From an uncultured Rhodobacterales bacterium (GTDB taxonomy: Bacteria > Pseudomonadota > Alphaproteobacteria > Rhodobacterales > Rhodobacteraceae): a stretch of DNA of 64,000 bases. The translations under genes were made by a program, and so were the position numbers. The stretch covers positions 7,857-71,856 of the forward strand of contig CAYGQQ010000002.1 of the NCBI GenBank assembly GCA_964352105.1, read 5' to 3'. Positions 42,258 through 50,327 of the stretch are shown here, piece by piece. The number at the start of each line of letters is the position of its first letter. The stretch's first letter is position 1. The notes beneath the pieces were generated by a model. That model did no database searches, was not told where the DNA came from, and saw nothing but the letters and a program-made list of their open reading frames with translations.

Positions 42258-42922
42258 CCGCCAGTTGCGACCAGTTGCCAGTTCGGATCGTCTGCACCCA
42301 TTGTCCGGGCAAACGTCCATATGTCTTTCTGGCGCTTAATCTCATTGGGATTGCCTTCAACAATGTCACCGGCACTGTCGCGGACAACAGAGGTCAGCTC
42401 GCCAACAAATTTGACCTTCAGCTCGGCCTCGTTGCTGGACTTGTCGATCTCAGCATCAAGAAGCGTGACTTCGCGCACGCCGACAAATTCCGCCTCGACC
42501 ATAAGGCCTTCTTTTTTTCGAAGCTCGATCACCTCGCTGAAGGTTTCAAACACGTCGTCAGAAAGGAACGGTTTAATCTCTTCGATCTCACCCTTTTCAA
42601 AGGCCATCAGGATCATTTCATATGCACCACGCGCACCGCCAAGAAAATCAGACACGCCAAAGCTGGGCTCAAGGCCTTTCATCGCGGCCAAAGCCGAAGC
42701 AGCATCGCTGTCTTCGTCGACATGATCAGTGATATCGCGGTCCGGGCCGCCTTCTATCACTTCGAAATTGTTGCGCGCGCGGGACGCGGGGTCTTCCGCA
42801 CCGGGGATCGGAAGCGGCGGCTTTTCAAACCCCTCCCGTGTGCCCAACACATTTTTCAGGCGCAGGATCAGGAAAACGGCAATGCCGGCAAGGACTAGAA
42901 GCTGGATCATTTCGCTGCTCAT
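42254..42922 (-). CDS. Tim44-like domain protein (TimA family)
   Basis: N-terminal TM helix plus a C-terminal Tim44-like domain (...DPNWQLVATGG end). Typical alphaproteobacterial neighbour of mltA, smr and secB. Confidence 0.85.
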   Translation of the reverse strand: MSSEMIQLLVLAGIAVFLILRLKNVLGTREGFEKPPLPIPGAEDPASRARNNFEVIEGGPDRDITDHVDEDSDAASALAAMKGLEPSFGVSDFLGGARGAYEMILMAFEKGEIEEIKPFLSDDVFETFSEVIELRKKEGLMVEAEFVGVREVTLLDAEIDKSSNEAELKVKFVGELTSVVRDSAGDIVEGNPNEIKRQKDIWTFARTMGADDPNWQLVATGG

Positions 42923-43029
42923 TCAAACCTCAATTGGGGGTGCGGATTGGCAATTTCAAACTCAGACCCTTATGTAGGTGCTTGGGGGGCACAAGTCCAC
43001 CTGAGGAACACCTCACGAAAGAGGCATCT

Positions 43030-43533
43030 ATGTGGCTATTCGTCCTATTTGTTACGATTCCGATCATTGAGATCGCATTATTTATCCAAGTCGGCGGCTG
43101 GTTAGGCCTTTGGCCTACTTTGGGAATCGTTGTTTTGACAGCAATTTTGGGCACTTTCCTCGTACGCGCGCAGGGTTTGGCCGCAATGTCGGAAATACGC
43201 TCAAACCTAAATGACTTACGGGACCCCACGGAAGCCTTGGCGCATGGAGCGATGATACTGGCCTCCGGGCTTTTGTTGCTAACGCCTGGGTTTTTCACAG
43301 ATGCGGTCGGTTTCGCGTTTCTTGCGCCACCGGTTCGCATGGCGGTATTTCACTACATCCGGTCCCGCATCAAAGTGCAAAGCTTTGTACATACGGGATC
43401 GACCTCATATCCCTCTGACAGGGCACAAGACGGCGACATTATCGATGGGGACTATGCTGAGCTGGCCGATGATCCCGCAGAAGTAGAAGCAAAAGGCCCA
43501 AATGGTCGCCCATCAGGTTGGACGCGCCATTGA
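43030..43533 (+). CDS. fxsA: FxsA family membrane protein
   Basis: MWLFVLFVTIPIIEIALFIQVGGWLG...LLLTPGFFTD; start at ATG 43030 inside the track ORF. Confidence 0.88.
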   Translation: MWLFVLFVTIPIIEIALFIQVGGWLGLWPTLGIVVLTAILGTFLVRAQGLAAMSEIRSNLNDLRDPTEALAHGAMILASGLLLLTPGFFTDAVGFAFLAPPVRMAVFHYIRSRIKVQSFVHTGSTSYPSDRAQDGDIIDGDYAELADDPAEVEAKGPNGRPSGWTRH

Positions 43534-43591
43534 GGCCCGTTTCGTGACCTGTTAAGAGGCCGCAACTAGTTTCGTCGAAGGAGACACCGAT

Positions 43592-44083
43592 ATGGCCGAA
43601 GAAAACGGCGCAGCCCCAGTTCAACCTCGCATGCAGGTGCTGGCTCAATTCATCAAAGATATGTCATTTGAGAACGTCGCAGCTCAGAAAGGGCTCACCG
43701 ATCCGGATGGCGGTCCTGATATTCAGGTTCAGGTTAACCTTGATGCCAAGAAGCGCCCAACGGAGAACCAATATGACGTCACGGTGAAGTTGGAAGTTTC
43801 TGCCAAGACCAAAGAAGGTGGTAGCCCGATTTTCCTGATGGAGCTGGAATATACCGGAGTGTTCCTTGTGGAGAATGTTCCAGACGAACAATTGCACCCG
43901 TTCTTGATGATCGAATGCCCCCGGATGTTGTTCCCGTTCTTGCGCCGTATCGTCAGCGATGTGACCCGCGATGGTGGCTTCCCGCCGCTCAACCTGGAAA
44001 ACATCGACTTCCTTGCGCTTTATCGCAACGAGTTGGCGCGCCGCGCACAAGCGGAAGCAGCCACCAAGAAAGCCGACGCTTAA
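43592..44083 (+). CDS. secB: protein-export chaperone SecB
   Basis: SecB-like sequence (QVLAQFIKDMSFENV...CPRMLFPFLRRIVSDVTRDGGFPPL); 163 aa. Confidence 0.93.
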   Translation: MAEENGAAPVQPRMQVLAQFIKDMSFENVAAQKGLTDPDGGPDIQVQVNLDAKKRPTENQYDVTVKLEVSAKTKEGGSPIFLMELEYTGVFLVENVPDEQLHPFLMIECPRMLFPFLRRIVSDVTRDGGFPPLNLENIDFLALYRNELARRAQAEAATKKADA

Positions 44084-44766
44084 GTTAGCTTCTTCCAAAC
44101 AGCATCGTCGCCCAATGCGCTGACAAAATCAGCATGGGCGGCGCGTTCGGCTTCCGTGATCCGCTGGGGCAACGGCTCCGGGCGGGGTTCAGGACGCCAG
44201 GCCGTGTCCGCTGTATTTTTCTGAGAATTGGAGCTGGCAAGGACGAGGTCCGGCTGCCGGCCGCCGATCAGCTCCAGATAAACTTCCGCCAGAATTTCGC
44301 TGTCCAGAAGCGCGCCGTGCTTTTCACGGGCGGAATTGTCGATCCCGAACCGTCGGCACAATGCGTCAAGCGACGCAGGTGAGCCCGGGAATTTCTTCCG
44401 CGCAATGGCAAGCGTATCAAGGGCTTGGGCGTTCGGAAGCTGCGGGAGTTCTGCCCAACCAAGCTCCGCATTGAGAAACTTCATGTCAAACGCTGCATTG
44501 TGAATCACAAGCTTGGCGTCTTGCACAAAGTCCAGAAACTCTTGACCGATGGCTTTAAATTTTGGTTTGTCGCGCAGGAAGTCATCGCCGAGCCCGTGGA
44601 CTTCTAAAGCCGCCGTCGGCATAGACCGTTCAGGGTTAATATATTGGTGATAAACCCGGCCCGTGGGCATGTGGTTGACAAGCTCAACGGCCCCGATCTC
44701 AACGATGCGGTCACCTTCGCCGGGTTCAAACCCGGTGGTTTCAGTATCGAGAACGATTTCCCTCAT
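44080..44766 (-). CDS. dnaQ: DNA polymerase III subunit epsilon
   Basis: Exo motifs VLDTETTGF, HNAAFD and HGALLDSEILAEVY; 228 aa. Confidence 0.95.
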   Translation of the reverse strand: MREIVLDTETTGFEPGEGDRIVEIGAVELVNHMPTGRVYHQYINPERSMPTAALEVHGLGDDFLRDKPKFKAIGQEFLDFVQDAKLVIHNAAFDMKFLNAELGWAELPQLPNAQALDTLAIARKKFPGSPASLDALCRRFGIDNSAREKHGALLDSEILAEVYLELIGGRQPDLVLASSNSQKNTADTAWRPEPRPEPLPQRITEAERAAHADFVSALGDDAVWKKLT

Positions 44767-45359
44767 AACGGGCCTTTCAGTCTTTTCACTAGGGCTTCAA
44801 CCTTTTCTTTTGTGTCTTCCATCGTCAAGGTTTCGATCACAAAGTCAGCGCGTTCCCGCTTTTCTGCATCCGGGGTCTGACGGCTTAGGATCATCTGGAA
44901 TGTGGCTTCATCCATGGTTCCACGCGCCATAACCCGGTCACGCTGCACATGCGCTGGGGCTGACACAACGAGTACCCCATCCATCTTTTCCGCGCCGCCA
45001 GTTTCAAAGAGCAGCGGGATATCCAGAACGATTAACGGTGCATGCGAGTGTTCTGCGATGAAGTTAGCGCGGTGTTCCGCAACGAGCGGGTGAACCGCCC
45101 CTTCGATCTTCGCTAAAAGCCCTGCATCCTTCGCGATCACTGCCTTGAGAATGGTTTTATCGACGCCTTGGTTGCTGACCGCATCTGGCACTAGTTCTTT
45201 GATCGGACCCAATGCAGCGCCACCCGGCTGATAAAGTTCTACGACCGTTTTGTCAGCGTCCCAGACAGGTACGTTAAGCTCTCGGAACATGTTAGCCGTC
45301 GTGGATTTTCCCATCCCGATGGATCCGGTCAACCCAAGCAGATAGGGTTTTTGGCTCAT
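44763..45359 (-). CDS. coaE: dephospho-CoA kinase
   Basis: P-loop GLTGSIGMGKST; 198 aa; ATGA overlaps on both sides. Confidence 0.93.
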   Translation of the reverse strand: MSQKPYLLGLTGSIGMGKSTTANMFRELNVPVWDADKTVVELYQPGGAALGPIKELVPDAVSNQGVDKTILKAVIAKDAGLLAKIEGAVHPLVAEHRANFIAEHSHAPLIVLDIPLLFETGGAEKMDGVLVVSAPAHVQRDRVMARGTMDEATFQMILSRQTPDAEKRERADFVIETLTMEDTKEKVEALVKRLKGPL

Positions 45360-46189
45360 GCTAAAACGGCTTTGCGCAAAGCTTGATCAACCTCTGGTCG
45401 TTTTCCGAACCAACGTTCAAATCCTGGCGCGGCTTGATGCAGAAGCATCCCCAAGCCATCAACTGTTTTGCAACCAATCGCAGCGGCTTCTTTCAGCAAG
45501 TTGGTTTGCAGCGGCGTGTAGACGATGTCAGTCACCAGTGTTGTTTTGCCAAGCGCATCGAGCTTGATCTTCAGCTCTTCCTTGCCGCTCATTCCCAAAG
45601 ATGTCGTGTTCACAAACGTCGCTACCTCGCCCAGATGATTTGGGGCTTGTGTCCAGTCGAGTACGGTTACCTTCGCGCCAAAATGCGCTTTTAGTGCATC
45701 GGCGCGGGCGCGGGTCCGATTGGCGATGAACACATTCGGCGCACCTTCCTGAATCAGGCCCGCAACAATCGCGCGGGCCGCACCACCAGCGCCAAGAACC
45801 AGCGCATCACCAGCCTTTGCGGTCCAGTCCGGCGCCTCCTGTTTCAGGTTTGCAATAAACCCAGCCCCGTCAGTGTTGTCGGCATGAAGCTTGCCGTCAG
45901 TTTGAAATGTCAGCGTATTCGCTGCACCAATCAGCGCTGCTCGGTCAGAGACCACGTCGGCAATATTCAGAACCGCTTCCTTATGCGGGATCGTGACGTT
46001 CACGCCGCGAAACCCCATTTTCGGCAGATTATCCAGGACATGCGCAAGATTCGTGCTTTCGATGCTCATCGGGATATAGTGCCCGTTAATGCCGTAGCGG
46101 GCCAACCAATGGCCATGCAGCACAGGGCTTTTTGAATGTGCTATCGGGTGTCCAATAACCCCGGCCAATGGGATGGCTGTCTGTGTCAT
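45356..46189 (-). CDS. aroE: shikimate dehydrogenase
   Basis: GVIGHPIAHSKSPVLHGHW...NVTIPHK...GAGGAARA; 277 aa. Confidence 0.93.
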   Translation of the reverse strand: MTQTAIPLAGVIGHPIAHSKSPVLHGHWLARYGINGHYIPMSIESTNLAHVLDNLPKMGFRGVNVTIPHKEAVLNIADVVSDRAALIGAANTLTFQTDGKLHADNTDGAGFIANLKQEAPDWTAKAGDALVLGAGGAARAIVAGLIQEGAPNVFIANRTRARADALKAHFGAKVTVLDWTQAPNHLGEVATFVNTTSLGMSGKEELKIKLDALGKTTLVTDIVYTPLQTNLLKEAAAIGCKTVDGLGMLLHQAAPGFERWFGKRPEVDQALRKAVLA

Positions 46190-46785
46190 CCTTCGATCAC
46201 GCCCTTTAGTGTCATATAGTTCAGAACCTCCAATAGCGGCATTCCCAATACAGTGAAATAGTCACCTTCGATTCGGGAAAATAGCCGCGCACCTTCGGCT
46301 TCCAATTGGTAGCCGCCGACGCAGTGGCGAACGTCCTCCCAATTTCGGTCGACATAGGCGCTTATGTAGCCATCCGAGAGCTGGCGCATATGAAGTTTGG
46401 CGCGTGTCACACTGCGCCAAACCGGTTCGGCGTTTTCGTAGATTACCGCGGCCGAATAAAGATCATGAGCGGACCCCCTAAGCTGCGAAAGCTGCTGCCT
46501 GAGATCATCCCGAGAATTTGGTTTTGAAAGCAGCCCGCCATTGAAGGCCAAAACTTGATCACAGCCAAGAACCATCGCGTCTGGCCGCTTCAAAGAGATT
46601 TTACGCGCTTTGTATTCCGCCAACGCATCGGCGATATCATGCGGCTTCGCGTTCTCACCCTTAAGGCTGTCTTTGATCGCATCTTCGTCGACTAGGGGCT
46701 TTTGTATCTCGACATCAAGGCCCGCATTTTGCATCATTTGCTGCCGGATCACTGAACCTGATGCCAGCACGATAGGTACAGTCAT
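46186..46785 (-). CDS. maf: Maf-like nucleoside triphosphate pyrophosphatase
   Basis: LASGSVIRQQMMQNAGL...GGYQLEAEG; 199 aa. Confidence 0.9.
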   Translation of the reverse strand: MTVPIVLASGSVIRQQMMQNAGLDVEIQKPLVDEDAIKDSLKGENAKPHDIADALAEYKARKISLKRPDAMVLGCDQVLAFNGGLLSKPNSRDDLRQQLSQLRGSAHDLYSAAVIYENAEPVWRSVTRAKLHMRQLSDGYISAYVDRNWEDVRHCVGGYQLEAEGARLFSRIEGDYFTVLGMPLLEVLNYMTLKGVIEG

Positions 46786-46938
46786 GTTGATAACCTTCTG
46801 GATAAGCTTGAGGAGGAATCATGTACGGATATCGTGTTATCCACCGAGAGTTTGTACAGACGCCAAGTTACAAACATAGACCATATTCTGTCCGCTGCCT
46901 TATGCATTCTGGATAACAAATTTTTGGGGTCTGGATAA
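46785..46938. promoter_or_regulatory. DnaA-box cluster A (five boxes)
   Basis: 46785-46793 (rc TTATCAACA, overlaps the maf ATG), 46797-46805 (rc TTATCCAGA), 46837-46845 (TTATCCACC), 46908-46916 (rc TTATCCAGA), 46930-46938 (rc TTATCCAGA). Confidence 0.7.
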
Positions 46939-47075
46939 AGAGTCGTTATTCAAAGATCGTTCATGAGTACTTCACAGGTTTGGGCTAAGTATTGGTCAAT
47001 TAAGTCACTGTTATTATTTAATTTAATGCCGTTCTTCCACAGCTGTTGGTTATTCTGTGACTTTCTCTTTGTTTG

Positions 47076-47107
47076 TGTGAATAACTCATTAATCCACATA
47101 ATCCACA
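47076..47107. promoter_or_regulatory. DnaA-box cluster B (three boxes, two abutting)
   Basis: 47076-47084 (rc TTATTCACA), then 47090-47098 and 47099-47107 (both TAATCCACA, head to tail). Confidence 0.7.
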
Positions 47108-47125
47108 CCCCCTACATACAACATC

Positions 47126-47157
47126 ATCTTTTCTTTCTTTCTTTATTATATTTAAGA
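47126..47157. other. AT-rich tract, candidate DNA unwinding element
   Basis: ATCTTTTCTTTCTTTCTTTATTATATTTAAG: CTTT repeats followed by pure A/T, next to DnaA-box cluster B. Confidence 0.4.
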
Positions 47158-47177
47158 AGACGGAAACGGGAGCTCCC

Positions 47178-47630
47178 ATGGGCGATATTCTGGCGACGAT
47201 CTATCCTTGGACAAAGAGCCTTCATGTGATCTCAGTGATCGCGTGGATGGCTGGGCTGTTTTATCTGCCACGATTGTTTGTGCACCATACTGAAAAAGTC
47301 AAAGAGGGCACCGACACAGACGCACTTTTTCAGATGATGGAATACAAGCTCCTCAAAGTGATCATGAACCCTGCGATGGTAGCGACCTGGGTTTTTGGAC
47401 TGGCTTTGGTCTTTACGCCAGGGATTGTCGATTGGTCTGCTTGGTGGCCTTGGGTAAAAGCTGGCAGTGTGCTCGCGATGAGTTGGTTTCATCATTGGTT
47501 GGCACAGCAACGCAAAACTTTTGTAGCCGGTGATTTTTCTCAAACCGGTAAATCATACCGGATCATGAACGAGGTTCCGACGCTTTTGATGTTTGTGATT
47601 GTAATCTCGGTTATAGCCAGACCGTTCTGA
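47178..47630 (+). CDS. hemJ: protoporphyrinogen oxidase HemJ
   Basis: Small four-TM protein with the HemJ-type N-terminus WTKSLHVISVIAWMAGLFYLPRLFVHHTE; 150 aa. Confidence 0.88.
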   Translation: MGDILATIYPWTKSLHVISVIAWMAGLFYLPRLFVHHTEKVKEGTDTDALFQMMEYKLLKVIMNPAMVATWVFGLALVFTPGIVDWSAWWPWVKAGSVLAMSWFHHWLAQQRKTFVAGDFSQTGKSYRIMNEVPTLLMFVIVISVIARPF

Positions 47631-47740
47631 GTTTGACTCCGAAAGTCCAAACCCTTAGATAAGCGCCACCGGCTATCCTGTCGGCGATTTCCGATTGAAT
47701 AAAAACGCTCCTTGAGCTGCAACTATGGTGTCCTGTCCTC

Positions 47741-49012
47741 ATGTCCGAAGACCGTCTGAATCTTGCTGATTTGAAAAAGCAAAGCCCTGCTGATCTTGTA
47801 ACGATGGCAGAAGAGCTTGAGATCGAAAATGCACCGACCATGCGTAAGGGCGAGATCATGTTCTCGATCCTGAAGGAGCGCGCTGAAGAAGGTTGGGAAG
47901 TTTCTGGTGATGGTGTTTTGGAAGTTCTCCAAGACGGGTTCGGATTTCTGCGGTCCCCGGAGGCAAACTATCTGCCGGGCCCAGACGACATTTACATGTC
48001 GCCAGAAATTATTCGTCAGTTTTCTTTGCGCACAGGTGACACCGTCGAGGGTCACATGGTCGCGCCGCGTGATAATGAGCGGTATTTTGCAATCACGAAG
48101 GTGACGGCAATCAATTTTGAAGATCCTGAAAAAGCCCGCCACAAGGTGAGTTTCGACAACCTGACGCCGCTTTATCCAGACGAGCGCTTGACGATGGAAA
48201 CGGATGATCCAACCGTAAAGGATCGTTCTGCCCGGATCATCGATCTTGTGGCTCCGATCGGGAAAGGTCAGCGGTCTTTGATCGTAGCGCCTCCGCGGAC
48301 GGGTAAAACGGTTCTTTTGCAAAACATCGCGAATTCAATCGAGGCGAACCATCCGGAATGTTACCTGATCGTTTTGCTGATCGATGAACGGCCGGAAGAG
48401 GTCACTGATATGCAGCGCTCGGTCAAGGGTGAGGTTATCAGCTCCACGTTTGATGAGCCGGCGACACGGCATGTTGGCGTTTCTGAAATGGTGATCGAAA
48501 AGGCCAAGCGTTTGGTGGAGCATAAGCGCGACGTAGTGATCTTGCTCGATTCTATTACCCGTCTGGGTCGCGCCTTTAACACGGTGGTGCCGTCCTCGGG
48601 TAAAGTTCTGACCGGTGGTGTTGATGCGAACGCATTGCAGCGCCCGAAGCGGTTCTTCGGTGCAGCGCGGAACATTGAGGAAGGTGGTTCCTTGACGATT
48701 ATTGCAACAGCGTTGATCGATACAGGTAGCCGAATGGACGAAGTGATCTTTGAGGAATTCAAAGGAACCGGTAACTCCGAGATTGTTCTGGATCGCAAGG
48801 TTGCAGATAAGCGCGTTTTCCCGGCTATGGACATCCTGAAATCTGGTACCCGGAAAGAAGAATTGCTTGTCGACAAGAACGATCTGCAGAAAACCTTTGT
48901 ACTTCGTCGAATCCTTAACCCAATGGGGACGACGGATGCGATCGAGTTCCTGATCGGGAAACTCAAGCAAACCAAGACAAATACAGAGTTCTTCGACTCA
49001 ATGAATACGTAA
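47741..49012 (+). CDS. rho: transcription termination factor Rho
   Basis: N-terminal RNA-binding domain (GFGFLR) and Walker A APPRTGKT; 423 aa. Confidence 0.97.
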   Translation: MSEDRLNLADLKKQSPADLVTMAEELEIENAPTMRKGEIMFSILKERAEEGWEVSGDGVLEVLQDGFGFLRSPEANYLPGPDDIYMSPEIIRQFSLRTGDTVEGHMVAPRDNERYFAITKVTAINFEDPEKARHKVSFDNLTPLYPDERLTMETDDPTVKDRSARIIDLVAPIGKGQRSLIVAPPRTGKTVLLQNIANSIEANHPECYLIVLLIDERPEEVTDMQRSVKGEVISSTFDEPATRHVGVSEMVIEKAKRLVEHKRDVVILLDSITRLGRAFNTVVPSSGKVLTGGVDANALQRPKRFFGAARNIEEGGSLTIIATALIDTGSRMDEVIFEEFKGTGNSEIVLDRKVADKRVFPAMDILKSGTRKEELLVDKNDLQKTFVLRRILNPMGTTDAIEFLIGKLKQTKTNTEFFDSMNT

Positions 49013-49041
49013 ATTCCATTTAATAACAATGGATTACAAAG

Positions 49042-50325
49042 ATGGACACGATTTTTGCCCTGGCGTCTGCGCGCGGTAAAGCGGGTGTTTCCGTGGTGCG
49101 CGTTTCGGGTTCACGTGCGTTTGAAATAGCGTTTGAGTTGACTGGGGCCTTACCGGTACACAGGCAAAGCTCTGTTCGGAATATCCGCGATGCTGATAAC
49201 ACCGTGATAGATGAAGCGCTCGTCTTGGGGTTTGACGCAGGAAAGAGCTTCACTGGGGAGCAAGTCGTAGAATTACAGGTCCATGGTAGCCAAGCGATCA
49301 TTACGCGGCTTTTGAAGCGTCTGAGCGGTTTTGAGAATACACGTCTCGCAGAGGCTGGGGAATTTACCCGCCGTGCCCTTGAGAACGACCGGCTTGACCT
49401 GGCCCAGGTCGAAGGGCTCGCGGATCTGATTGATGCGGAAACAGAGGTGCAACGACGCCAAGCGATGCGTGTATTCAGCGGTGGTTTAGGCAAGCTGGTG
49501 GACGGGTGGCGCCGCGATCTTATCCGGGCTCGTGCACTTCTGGAGGCAACCATTGATTTTGTCGATGAAGATGTTCCCGTCGATGTGCGCCCAGAGGTGT
49601 CAGAGCTTATCGCGAAGGTTTCTGAGGAGTTGAACCAGGAAGCACGTGGGAGCGTATTTGCGGAGCGTATCAAAGATGGGTTTGAGGTAGCGCTCGTCGG
49701 TCCTCCGAATGTTGGCAAGTCGACTTTGTTGAATGCGCTTGCTGGTCGCGACGCTTCGATAACGTCGGAGATTGAGGGGACAACCCGCGATGTCATCGAA
49801 GTAAGGATGGACCTCGCCGGACTGCCGGTGACTTTTCTTGACACAGCCGGTCTTCGTGAAACAGCAGATGTTGTCGAATCCATTGGGATCGGACGTACGC
49901 GCGACAGAGCTGCGCGTGCTGACCTCAGGGTGTTCTTGAAACCTTCAGCGGACCATCGCCCCGAATTGGACCTTGTCGACGGAGATATCGAGCTTGTATC
50001 AAAAGCTGATATCGAAAAGGAGGGCGAAATCTCCGGTCTGTCTGGTCTGGGGGTCGACAAGCTTGTCGATCGGATCGCGTTGGTTTTCTCGAATAGGTCG
50101 GCGCTGTCTTCCGTTGCCACGCATGAACGACACCGCGTCGCCATCCTGCAGGCAATCGAGGCTTTGAAATTTGCTCAGGAAGAGTTAGATCAGGGACTCG
50201 AAAGATCAGAAATAGCAGCGGAAGAATTGAGATCAGCGACAAGATCGCTGGAATCGCTCGTTGGTCATGTGGACGTAGAAGCCTTGCTGGATGAGATTTT
50301 CTCAAGCTTCTGTTTAGGAAAGTAG
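49042..50325 (+). CDS. mnmE: tRNA modification GTPase MnmE
   Basis: [24 protein letters not shown] domain [12 protein letters not shown] / DTAGLR, and C-terminal CLGK motif. Confidence 0.96.
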   Translation: MDTIFALASARGKAGVSVVRVSGSRAFEIAFELTGALPVHRQSSVRNIRDADNTVIDEALVLGFDAGKSFTGEQVVELQVHGSQAIITRLLKRLSGFENTRLAEAGEFTRRALENDRLDLAQVEGLADLIDAETEVQRRQAMRVFSGGLGKLVDGWRRDLIRARALLEATIDFVDEDVPVDVRPEVSELIAKVSEELNQEARGSVFAERIKDGFEVALVGPPNVGKSTLLNALAGRDASITSEIEGTTRDVIEVRMDLAGLPVTFLDTAGLRETADVVESIGIGRTRDRAARADLRVFLKPSADHRPELDLVDGDIELVSKADIEKEGEISGLSGLGVDKLVDRIALVFSNRSALSSVATHERHRVAILQAIEALKFAQEELDQGLERSEIAAEELRSATRSLESLVGHVDVEALLDEIFSSFCLGK

Positions 50326-50327
50326 GA

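Larger units (their letters stand above)
46785..47177. other. oriC: candidate chromosomal origin of replication (oriC)
   Basis: Longest and most AT-rich non-coding gap in the window. Eight 9-mers lie within one mismatch of TTATCCACA. AT-rich tracts at 47010-47027 and 47126-47157. Gene orientation diverges here. rho, mnmEG, rsmG, parAB and two parS sites lie within 5 kb. Confidence 0.75.

Noticed and set aside
47000-47014. A search for CtrA sites (TTAA-N7-TTAA) inside the candidate origin, as found in Caulobacter Cori.
   Set aside because: Only one imperfect site, TTAA-N7-TTAT, was found, with no exact full site. GANTC methylation sites (46816-46820 and 46941-46945) occur at about chance frequency. 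There is no evidence for CtrA or CcrM control of this origin from sequence alone.
46963-47229. An 88-codon plus-strand ORF inside the putative origin, and ORF 46610-46879 overlapping the maf start.
   Set aside because: The sequence is AT-rich and low-complexity, full of DnaA boxes. The predicted product (…FFHSCWLFCDFLFVCVNNSLIHIIHTPYIQHHLFFLSLLYL…) looks like translated non-coding DNA, and it overlaps the hemJ start.
49020-50144. A 374-codon minus-strand ORF opposite mnmE. Similar long antisense ORFs occur opposite the dppC-like permease (25544-26539), pip (23219-24178), the first hypothetical gene (714-1568), secA (14350-15078) and infB (36126-36902).
   Set aside because: All lie inside well-supported genes on the other strand. 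All have Ser/Arg/Thr/Ala-biased or otherwise non-protein-like composition, and none matches a recognisable family. They are shadow frames.
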